Below are positions 1 to 9,144 of a stretch of 48,822 nt of DNA, one piece after another. Numbering within the stretch: the stretch's first letter is position 1; the number at the start of each line of letters is the position of its first letter. Source of the DNA: a virus. The DNA lies in the UHGV virus genome UHGV-0098481; one strand, given 5' to 3'. Under the pieces are notes generated by a model. It had not been told where the DNA came from. It made no database searches and saw only the letters and a list, made by a program, of their open reading frames with translations. Both the position numbers and the translations under genes were made by a program.

Positions 1-612
<612 letters not shown>

Positions 613-987
613 TAGCTATGTGGGTGGCTCATCGCTGACGGCATGTATGCGTAACAGAGCATCTGTATCATCCGTTTGACGTTTTCGTCGGCGATCCTGC
701 CAGCTATTCGGACATCTTGTGAAACCCAAAGGCAGCGGCTGACGAAGCTTATCCGGTATCCTCTCGCAACAAAGGTACATGTACCATCTACTTTTTGGGC
801 GGCCATTGTCGACAGATTCTTAAGTAGAACAGCTAAGTTTAGATTTAGGAAAAAGTTGTTAAAATCAAGCAAATACTTATCATCATCACTTGATTTCGTA
901 AACGCAAAACTACGATACTATTAACAAATTCTTCTATGCATTCTTACCGAATGTTGGCGGTAGCGTGCTTAATCACTCGGATTTAGT

Positions 988-3900
988 ATGAAAAAAAATT
1001 CTTTAAATGTGATTTTGGATACTGTTTTCTCGGCGAAAAGCATCAATGGTGAGAAATCTCATTCTTTTATATCGTATAAATTAGTTAAAGCTGTAGAAAA
1101 TTTAAGTGGATATGACTTGGATCTTTTCCTCAATCGTGCGATAAACCATCCTAACTTCCCTAGCAATATGGATTTTTCCTTACGAACAGTTTTTACAATT
1201 GAACAATCTAACACTATTGAATTTAAAAATTTCATTTCAGAATTGGTGTGGTACAAGCATATTTTCATACGATATAAAAAACACCTTAATGATATATTAT
1301 CGGCAAAGGCAAGACTTGAGAAGTTAGTTCTTTTCGCAACAGGTAGTGAATGTATAAAATATTTAGATGAAATAGAAAGCTCTTATGGAGTTAGTTTTTG
1401 GAGCATTGATGCTCGTCTCTTAATAAATAAAGTTTTGCTTAACGAAAGCAATGGGTTATATGTTAAATCAATTCTATCTAAAACCCACTATAAACTTACA
1501 GAGTTTATGTTACAGCAGCTATTATTTAAGCATCAAGTACATAACTTTGATGATTTTTCAAAGAACCTTATAAAAATACTAGATGATATGCGCACCACTC
1601 AAGATAATGGGTATGCTAGAAATTTAGCTGATGGTATTTCATCCTTTTTAATACCTTTAGAGTTTGATAAAAATATAGATCTCAAAAATAGAACCTTAGC
1701 ACCATTTACCAACCTTCCTTTAATAGATCAATTTATCATATTCCAGAGAACTATAAGCGATTTACAACTTCATGGAAATGGTTTAAGAAATAGCGAGTTA
1801 AGCTTAATTGCAGAAATTAACAGCTTTATTAAAAATAACTATCTCAACAATATTTTAGATGGAAGAGAGCGTAATATAGAGAATATTGATGAACACTATA
1901 AAAGTGTTATTCGACGTTATACTATAGGTGATTATACTGGGTGTATTTCAGAAATAAATTCAGTTCGAACGCAGAAGACAATTTTGCCATTAATTGAAAT
2001 ATATGCAAAATCCCATGTGTATCTTGATAAGAAAATTTCAGACTCATGCATATTCAATAAATTAACAAACTGGCTTATAGCAATTATAAAATGCGACAGA
2101 CGCGCTGGAAAATACATCGATGAATTTGAACTTTTAGCATCTAAGATATATTTCAATTCAAATTCATCCTCTCTATTCTTCACATTATATAATTTAATAA
2201 GTGATAACCATAATAAATTAAACATATCTCGTATAAATCTAACCAAAAATGGTTCCTTTGTAACATCCCTTCATTTGAATATAACAATCAAGGAACTATG
2301 GACTGAACTTGGAATAAAAGAGAATGAGATACCAAAATATCGATTATTTAAATTCAAAGACCTAGCAAATCTATCCTTTGATGAAATCAAAAAACACTAC
2401 GAAGTATACAATGATAATGTAATAATTCGCTCTGAATATTTAAAAGATTATACTAACTTTTTATTAGAAAATGAAAAGTATGAATTATGCATCCAATTTA
2501 TAGCTGAAAACTGCATCGGCAACCCCGCAAATTATTACTACTTCCCAATCCGAAAAATAATTGATTTTGTAAAAGACAATATTTTTGACTATGCAAGCGT
2601 GGCCTTATCTATATTGATAGATATTTTTGTCAAAAGCACATCAAACACTTCAAATGAGCTTCTTCTCGAAAGTTATGAGAGTTTAGTAGATATTTCAAAT
2701 ATTAATAGGCCATCTACCCATTATTGCTCTAAGCAATTAACTCCATTAGAGCACTATTTCCTTAAGTTTATCTGTATACCTTCCGTGATGGATTCAGACC
2801 CTTCATTCACAGGCACGGACGACTTGAAGAAGGAAAGAATTGCTATTATAGATCTATTATTAAAAGAACACGATGATGCAGATTTATTGAAAGAGAAAGA
2901 CGAAATTATAGATGAAATATCATTCGAAGAAATAAAAACAAAATATGAGACAGGAAAAATATTTGTTGATATAGAAAATTTAAAACGGGCAAAGCTTGAA
3001 AGATACAGATATTATTTTGATGCACTTAAGGATTCGCTTATTCTCGGACTAGAACCACCTGAAGACTTTGCTTTAATTACAGACGATGGGAATATCACAG
3101 CCATTCCATCTGGCGATACAAACTCTATAATCCATGAACTTCTAAAAGAACTAATCTCCGATTTTGTTAAAAATGAAAATTACGGTCTTGATAAATATTT
3201 GAGTGCAGATATACGGCATGGTGTTTTTGAAAATCAACTCAGATCAAGTGCTGAAAAATCGCAATTAATAACTGATATGGATGGTACTGGACAGTATTCG
3301 AAAAGCAATTTAATTATTGAGACATATCCATTAATTAACCCTATTATAAATAACGAAATAGGGACAGCAATAGCTGATTTCTCTTATCACTTTGACATTG
3401 AATTGGCTAAAGCCAATTCCTGGTTCAATGTCAAGACAATGCTCATAAGTGAATCACAGCAAGGTATGATTGATTTCCTCATTTCTGTTGATATGTTTAA
3501 TTCATTTAAAGCAGCAGTTTCAAATCAAGCATCTTTTGAGAAGTTTTTTGACGCTTGTATTAACTTCATGTGGGAAAGAACGTTCAGATGTTTGAATGAT
3601 ATTAAAGAGCGATTGCATTACGAATTTAAGAGGAATATTTTAGATTTAATTGCCACTCTTAGGCATCAAATTGATATCTATAGAAGACGTAGTTCCATGA
3701 GAGAAATCCAGGAGAAAATTGACCTCTTGGCCGAAAGCATTAATAAAGAAATTGCAACAGTCTGCGATTGGTTAAATGTACTTGAGTATAACGAGGAGAA
3801 AATATATAAAATATCATCCGTGATGCAGGCATGTAGGAAAACTTTTTTTAATATACACCATTGTTCTGATGATGCTATCGTTTTTGATTCAATGTATCAT

Positions 3901-4263
3901 GATGATGAACCAAAATTATCTTATAAAGAAGCCAAGCCTCTAATCACATCAATAATAACAGCGTTAAACAATGCTATGGCCTATGGTAATAAAAAAATCT
4001 TTATCAGTATTAAGCCTGAAGAAAAGTCATGGAAAATAACCATCAGAAATTTGATAATTGAGACAAAGAACAGAACTACCAACCAAATTTTACAAGAGAT
4101 TGATGATAAAATAAAACGAGGGGATAATAGTCTAAATATAAAAGAAGGCGGAGCTGGAATATATAAAATATATGATTTATTATGTTCATTACCGCAAAGA
4201 TTTAATGTGAATCATTGCATCCAAAATAACGAATTCATTTTAAATATTGAGATAAAGAAATGA
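988..4263 (+). CDS. Large soluble sensor protein with C-terminal histidine-kinase-like ATPase motifs (DtcA-like)
   Basis: 1091-aa ORF, strongly AT-rich; C-terminal N-box-like ALNNAMAYGN and glycine-rich G-box-like EGGAGIYKIYD; no obvious TM segment; first gene of a translationally coupled three-gene operon. Confidence 0.6.
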   Translation: MKKNSLNVILDTVFSAKSINGEKSHSFISYKLVKAVENLSGYDLDLFLNRAINHPNFPSNMDFSLRTVFTIEQSNTIEFKNFISELVWYKHIFIRYKKHLNDILSAKARLEKLVLFATGSECIKYLDEIESSYGVSFWSIDARLLINKVLLNESNGLYVKSILSKTHYKLTEFMLQQLLFKHQVHNFDDFSKNLIKILDDMRTTQDNGYARNLADGISSFLIPLEFDKNIDLKNRTLAPFTNLPLIDQFIIFQRTISDLQLHGNGLRNSELSLIAEINSFIKNNYLNNILDGRERNIENIDEHYKSVIRRYTIGDYTGCISEINSVRTQKTILPLIEIYAKSHVYLDKKISDSCIFNKLTNWLIAIIKCDRRAGKYIDEFELLASKIYFNSNSSSLFFTLYNLISDNHNKLNISRINLTKNGSFVTSLHLNITIKELWTELGIKENEIPKYRLFKFKDLANLSFDEIKKHYEVYNDNVIIRSEYLKDYTNFLLENEKYELCIQFIAENCIGNPANYYYFPIRKIIDFVKDNIFDYASVALSILIDIFVKSTSNTSNELLLESYESLVDISNINRPSTHYCSKQLTPLEHYFLKFICIPSVMDSDPSFTGTDDLKKERIAIIDLLLKEHDDADLLKEKDEIIDEISFEEIKTKYETGKIFVDIENLKRAKLERYRYYFDALKDSLILGLEPPEDFALITDDGNITAIPSGDTNSIIHELLKELISDFVKNENYGLDKYLSADIRHGVFENQLRSSAEKSQLITDMDGTGQYSKSNLIIETYPLINPIINNEIGTAIADFSYHFDIELAKANSWFNVKTMLISESQQGMIDFLISVDMFNSFKAAVSNQASFEKFFDACINFMWERTFRCLNDIKERLHYEFKRNILDLIATLRHQIDIYRRRSSMREIQEKIDLLAESINKEIATVCDWLNVLEYNEEKIYKISSVMQACRKTFFNIHHCSDDAIVFDSMYHDDEPKLSYKEAKPLITSIITALNNAMAYGNKKIFISIKPEEKSWKITIRNLIIETKNRTTNQILQEIDDKIKRGDNSLNIKEGGAGIYKIYDLLCSLPQRFNVNHCIQNNEFILNIEIKK

Positions 4264-4709
4264 AAATTCTTCTTGTTGAGGATATTGAATATAAGCGTGA
4301 TAAGGTGATCGGTTTACTAGAGTCTATTTCTGCCGATGTATCAGTCGATGTAGCTAAATCTTATGTTTCGGCAGTAAATTCCGCAACCAGTAAAACTTAT
4401 GATCTTATAATATTAGATATGAGCCTTCCCACTTACGATAAGGGGCCTAATGAAAATGGAGGTCGCTTCAGAGTGTACGGAGGGAAAGATATTATTCGCA
4501 AGTTAATGAGAGGAAAAGAGCATCCAGTAGTTGTGGTTTTAACACAACATACAACTTTTGGTGAAATTGGTGAGCAAAAAAATACTGACACTCTATCACA
4601 AGAGTTGAATGCTTTAATGGGATCAAAATTTATAGGTATTGTAAAATATGACTCAACTAAACCTCAATGGAAAGATGAAATAAAAAAAGTCGTACAGGAT
4701 TTGTTATGA
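4260..4709 (+). CDS. Stand-alone receiver (REC/CheY-like) domain protein (DtcB-like)
   Basis: 149 aa; MKILLVEDIE acidic pocket and LIILDMSLP phospho-acceptor Asp motif; start overlaps upstream stop (ATGA). Confidence 0.75.
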   Translation: MKILLVEDIEYKRDKVIGLLESISADVSVDVAKSYVSAVNSATSKTYDLIILDMSLPTYDKGPNENGGRFRVYGGKDIIRKLMRGKEHPVVVVLTQHTTFGEIGEQKNTDTLSQELNALMGSKFIGIVKYDSTKPQWKDEIKKVVQDLL

Positions 4710-5869
4710 TTAAAATATTAATAGTTGATGACAATAAATCTAGAATTGAAAAGCTAAAATCTAGCTTAACTGAACTCATCACAAAAAACATGATAAGGAT
4801 TGATGAGAAATATACAAGTGACGCCGCAAAAATCGCGCTCAAGTTAAATCAATATGATTATTTAATTCTTGATGTCTTTTTACCTAAAAAAGATAACTAT
4901 AGCCCAGATGAAAGAAATGGATTAGGTCTTTTAAAACAAATAAATTCAGATTCTAAATTTTACTCTCCAAAAAAAATAGTTGGCATAACTGCATATCTGA
5001 ATGATATATCCAGATATGAATCCGAATTCAGAGAATATGCTTCAATTATATTCGAGGCTCGACGTAATGATACTGGATGGCTTGAATCACTCAAAAAAAT
5101 CATTGAAAAGGATGTTGAATCTCAAGTAAGTTATAATCTCAATGAAAAAGATAGTGTTTTAATAACAGTACACGGTATAAGAACCTACGCACCTTGGCAA
5201 AATACCATAGAAGAAAAAATAACCAATATATCAAATAAATTTAACTATATAAAATTCAATTATGGTTTTCTAAATATTCTTTGTTTTTTATTCCCTCCGA
5301 CTAGACATCTATTTGCAAGAAAAATAATCCAAGACATACGAATTACAGTGGAATCAAATAAGAATAAAAGAATTTATATTATTTGTCATAGTTTTGGTAC
5401 CTACCTTGTATATTGTGCCTTAAGTAAACTGACACATACGGATGCAAAAATTGAATGTTTAATTTTTTCTGGTAGCGTATTAAAACGTACTACCTCATTG
5501 AAAACATTAAAGCAACATTGTAATGCAATAATAAATGACTGTGCTGTAAGTGATTATATTTTATTACTATGTAAAATGTTAGTCATTGGCTTGGGCGATG
5601 CAGGCAGAAAAGGGTTTATTGAGCCAAATGATGGTGTTTTCATTAACCGCTATTTTAAAGGAGGACATTCAACTTACTTCGAAGATAAAGATTTCATAGA
5701 AGTGAACTGGCTTCCTTTAATTTTTGACAATAAAAATATCGCGTCACGAGATGAAAGAAAAAATCATATTTTTTCCGATGTCACCAATGCTTTGCAAAAT
5801 ATAATTGAATATTTAAAAATACCAATATGGTTATTTTTTTCTTTTTTATTGATAGCACTGGTATTATAA
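4706..5869 (+). CDS. Receiver domain fused to alpha/beta-hydrolase-like effector with C-terminal hydrophobic anchor (DtcC-like)
   Basis: 387 aa; N-terminal REC motifs (ILIVDDN, LILDVFLP); downstream VHGI and nucleophile-elbow-like ICHSFGT; C-terminal IPIWLFFSFLLIALVL; start overlaps upstream stop. Confidence 0.7.
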   Translation: MIKILIVDDNKSRIEKLKSSLTELITKNMIRIDEKYTSDAAKIALKLNQYDYLILDVFLPKKDNYSPDERNGLGLLKQINSDSKFYSPKKIVGITAYLNDISRYESEFREYASIIFEARRNDTGWLESLKKIIEKDVESQVSYNLNEKDSVLITVHGIRTYAPWQNTIEEKITNISNKFNYIKFNYGFLNILCFLFPPTRHLFARKIIQDIRITVESNKNKRIYIICHSFGTYLVYCALSKLTHTDAKIECLIFSGSVLKRTTSLKTLKQHCNAIINDCAVSDYILLLCKMLVIGLGDAGRKGFIEPNDGVFINRYFKGGHSTYFEDKDFIEVNWLPLIFDNKNIASRDERKNHIFSDVTNALQNIIEYLKIPIWLFFSFLLIALVL

Positions 5870-5879
5870 TATCACTGCA

Positions 5880-5912
5880 CATTAAAAATCATATTGGAGC
5901 TTCCCTCATAAA
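5880..5912. terminator. Inverted-repeat hairpin just after the effector gene stop, possible terminator for convergent genes
   Basis: tattggagctt...aagctccaata inverted repeat with A/T-rich flanks; no clean U-tract on the plus strand. Confidence 0.3.
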
Positions 5913-6348
5913 GCTCCAATATAAAACACCATCATTTCAATAGTACCTGCAGCTAATTAAAACTAGTCAACCGAAAACATTAATCACTTTAAACTTTAGT
6001 ATGCACTTATACTTTCTTAATAATAGAAAAACACTTACAAATAAATTAATCATGTCAATCTCCGTAACTACAACCTCGGAAAGTATGTAAACAGGAATCA
6101 TTACTGAAAAAAACACGATTTCAGCAGAATTCTAGAAATATCCTGTGCTGCTGCCGATACCAACTTTCGTATATACTACCCTTCACGTTCCTTCTCGTTT
6201 TTATAAAACTATTCATTTATAACTATCAATAGGCATCATAACCAATGTAAGTGTAAGTACTGGTGAACGAGTGTCAATGGAGTTAAAAGTATCACTTCAT
6301 CCTGCTAAATATAAGTTATCCTACGTTTTAATATACTAGAACTCAAAA

Positions 6349-7314
6349 TTAGAATGGTTTGTTAATATTAATAGATTTACCATTGATATCTTTTGACACC
6401 TTAAAAAAATCTATACCTTTTATCCACTGACATAACTGTTGTAGTGTTTCCATTGCCTGTTCTAACTCATTTTTTTCAATTCTAACGCCCCCATGATGGC
6501 TACAGGAATTTAATAATTCCTGAGCTAGAGTGATGTCATTCTTCAGCTTATTAGGCAGACCGAGAAAATTAATCACCCTCGACAAACTCCCAAGCATTAA
6601 CTTTTGATAGTCTTCTTCAAATTCCTTTTCAGCCCTAATATTTACTAACATCAAAACATACTCAAGATAACGCCGTGCTGTATTTCCCTTTTCTTGTAAC
6701 GCATCTCTATCATACTCTTTAATATCACTCAATTCCTGTAGTAGAAAATCAAACTTAGCTATTGCCAAGTTAAGATTGATGTTATGCATTAGCAATTCGG
6801 ATGCATGATTGCTAACAGGTACACGATTTGGTGGACGTATCATTATAGCCGTCGTGTAACAATTTATATTTGGTATCTGTATAAATTCCTCACCGGAACG
6901 CGTAACACGTTGAACTTCTACCATATAGTGGCCAAATTTATCAATCTCATATGACCGACAACGAGCAGAATATAATTTATTTAGCTTTTTCCTGTCTTGA
7001 TAATATGATTTTATTAATACAAAAAATGCTCTTTCGTGCTCAATAATTAAAATAGTCTCTATTGAAGCATGGTACAACCATCCGTTATTCCATGTTAATT
7101 CAAGCTGTCTATTTCCATCTTTAAAATCAATTTTAGTTATACGATCCCAACTTCCTCTATCAATAAAATCGACAATATTGCGCCCAAATCCTTGATAGTT
7201 ATTTTTAACAATGTGCAATAGTACTGCCTTTATTTTATCCCAATCATGAATTTCTTTTTCATATTCACCATTTAATATATTCGTTAAATCACTGTGAAAA
7301 TTTTCATATGTCAT
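6349..7314 (-). CDS. Hypothetical island cargo protein (321 aa), function unknown
   Basis: Long AT-rich ORF directly downstream of the island integrase; no motif I can assign. Confidence 0.6.
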   Translation of the reverse strand: MTYENFHSDLTNILNGEYEKEIHDWDKIKAVLLHIVKNNYQGFGRNIVDFIDRGSWDRITKIDFKDGNRQLELTWNNGWLYHASIETILIIEHERAFFVLIKSYYQDRKKLNKLYSARCRSYEIDKFGHYMVEVQRVTRSGEEFIQIPNINCYTTAIMIRPPNRVPVSNHASELLMHNINLNLAIAKFDFLLQELSDIKEYDRDALQEKGNTARRYLEYVLMLVNIRAEKEFEEDYQKLMLGSLSRVINFLGLPNKLKNDITLAQELLNSCSHHGGVRIEKNELEQAMETLQQLCQWIKGIDFFKVSKDINGKSININKPF

Positions 7315-7415
7315 AAGTATCTCTTTTTAGATAAAATTGGATTTCGACAAGTAGACGTTGATAACAACAAGACTGGTTAGATAATTTAATCATTGATGCA
7401 ACGTTTAGCGTTGAA

Positions 7416-8600
7416 TCAATTGACATCATTACCAATTCTTCCAATGCAATCAGCATACCACTGCATCATCTCCCTCCGCCCTTCCAGATACAAAGCATGG
7501 TTGTACGTCCCACGAATCGCATTCTTATCGACATGCGCAAGCTGGGTTTCAATCCATGCCGTATTGAACCCTTCCTCGTGCAAAATCGTACTCATCGTGT
7601 GACGGAAACCATGCCCCGTTACCTTCCCCGTATACCCAATCCGTTTGAATACCTGATTCATACTCGCTTCACTCATCGTCTTGCGGGGATCATTTCGCCC
7701 TGGGAATACCAGTGGATATTGCCCAGATATCACCTTGAGTTGTTGTACGATTTCCAGCGCTTGGGTAGATAGGGGGACAAGGTGAGGCCGTTTCATCTTC
7801 ATACGCTCTGCAGGTATTTCCCACACTGCTTTTTCAAGATCAAACTCACTCCAGAAAGCACCTCGTAGCTCGCCAGTACGAACTCCTGTAAGGATCAGCA
7901 GACGAGCGGCAAGAACAACTAACGGGCTTCCTGTGTAGCCTGCGAGAGCTTTAAAGAAGTCTGGTAACTCCTCAACAGTAAGGAAGGGATAATGCTTCGA
8001 TTCATGCCCTGACATTGCGCTGGTTAGATCCGCTGCAGGATTGTATTCCGCACGACCGGTAACGATGGCGTAACGAAAGACTTCACTGCAACGCTGGCGA
8101 ACCTTCTTGGCCTTCTCTGTCGCGCCACGGCTTTCCATTCGACGTAGCACATTCAGCAGAACCAAAGGCTTGATGTCATTCACCGGCAGTTGGCCAATAT
8201 AAGGGAAAATATCTTTATTGAAGGCTTCGATAATGTCGGAGGCATAACCTTCTGACCACCGGCTCACCTTCGTTCCGTGCCATTCAAGTGCCACAGCCTG
8301 AAACGTATTATTGAGCTGCACATCGCGAACCAACTTTTCTTCTTTCTTGGCAAACGATGGGTCGATACCTTCGGCCAGCTTTTTCTTGGCTTCATCACGC
8401 AGTGCCCTCGCTTGTGCAAGGGACACTGCCGGATAGACACCAAAAGCCATACGTTTCTCTTTTCCATTGAAGCGATATTTCATCCGCCAGTATCGAGAAC
8501 CAGAAGGAACAACTTCAAGATACAAGCCTGCACCATCTGCTAGCTTGTAGGCTTTCTCTCTGGGTTTAGCAGCATCTACCTGTCGAGCATTAAGCTTCAT
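7416..8600 (-). CDS. int: Tyrosine integrase, P4/CP4-type
   Basis: ORF 7416-8639, start taken at MKLNARQVDAAKP with AGGGAG upstream; C-terminal catalytic region with R...HGFRHT...Y pattern; immediately downstream of the tRNA 3' fragment on the same strand. Confidence 0.85.
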   Translation of the reverse strand: MKLNARQVDAAKPREKAYKLADGAGLYLEVVPSGSRYWRMKYRFNGKEKRMAFGVYPAVSLAQARALRDEAKKKLAEGIDPSFAKKEEKLVRDVQLNNTFQAVALEWHGTKVSRWSEGYASDIIEAFNKDIFPYIGQLPVNDIKPLVLLNVLRRMESRGATEKAKKVRQRCSEVFRYAIVTGRAEYNPAADLTSAMSGHESKHYPFLTVEELPDFFKALAGYTGSPLVVLAARLLILTGVRTGELRGAFWSEFDLEKAVWEIPAERMKMKRPHLVPLSTQALEIVQQLKVISGQYPLVFPGRNDPRKTMSEASMNQVFKRIGYTGKVTGHGFRHTMSTILHEEGFNTAWIETQLAHVDKNAIRGTYNHALYLEGRREMMQWYADCIGRIGNDVN

Positions 8601-8764
8601 TGGGGGCATCTCCCTGGACCGAACACAGAATGCCCCCACTTATGCCCCCAACTGCGACTTGATTTCGGTTGAGTCCAGTTGATAACAGGAGATAAGATAC
8701 GGGCCAGAAACCGCAGTATACGGGCTTTTAGTTGATTTCGGTAGACTTGGGAAGAGTTTGAAAT

Positions 8765-8810
8765 GGTGCCGATAATAGGAGTCGAACCTACGACCTTCGC
8801 ATTACGAATC
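8765..8810 (-). repeat. 46-nt 3' fragment of tRNA-Thr (anticodon loop CGT, T-arm GGTTCGA, CCA end); attachment-site core
   Basis: Reverse complement reads ATTCGTAATGCGAAGGTCGTAGGTTCGACTCCTATTATCGGCACCA; sequence 5' of this (8811 onward) does not continue a tRNA, so it is a partial att copy and not a gene. Confidence 0.8.
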
Positions 8811-9094
8811 TGTAGCACCAATCATAACTATCTGTTTTAGCAAGCATTAACCGCATTCACTAAGCTATAGTTGATGGCACAAACAGAAAGCTGATGCATG
8901 ATGTTGTCATGTGTATGTCACAAATACGGCACAACGATCTTCAAACATGTAGCCACACATCCACAGAAGAGCACAACGCCTTGCAATCAAGTGCAAAGCT
9001 TTGTGTGCATCAGTTTTGTCTCATAGGTAATGAGGCTTTAACTGCGATGCAGTAATACATACTAAAATTTACTTAAAATTCATAAATACACCAG

Positions 9095-9124
9095 ATAAAA
9101 ACAATCCCGCATTTTTTATGCGGG
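9095..9124 (-). terminator. Rho-independent terminator downstream of tailspike
   Basis: cccgcat / atgcggg stem with T-rich tract following on the minus strand. Confidence 0.6.
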
Positions 9125-9144
9125 ATATACTGCATTTATTGCAA

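Noticed and set aside
8597-8821. 74-aa ORF on the minus strand overlapping the tRNA fragment
   Set aside because: It spans the tRNA-Thr 3' fragment and the integrase leader; an artefact of an open frame over structured RNA-derived sequence.
8765-8840. Possible complete tRNA-Thr gene
   Set aside because: Only the 3' 46 nt (anticodon loop to CCA) match a tRNA; the sequence where the D-arm and 5' acceptor strand should be is unrelated, so this is an att-core copy.
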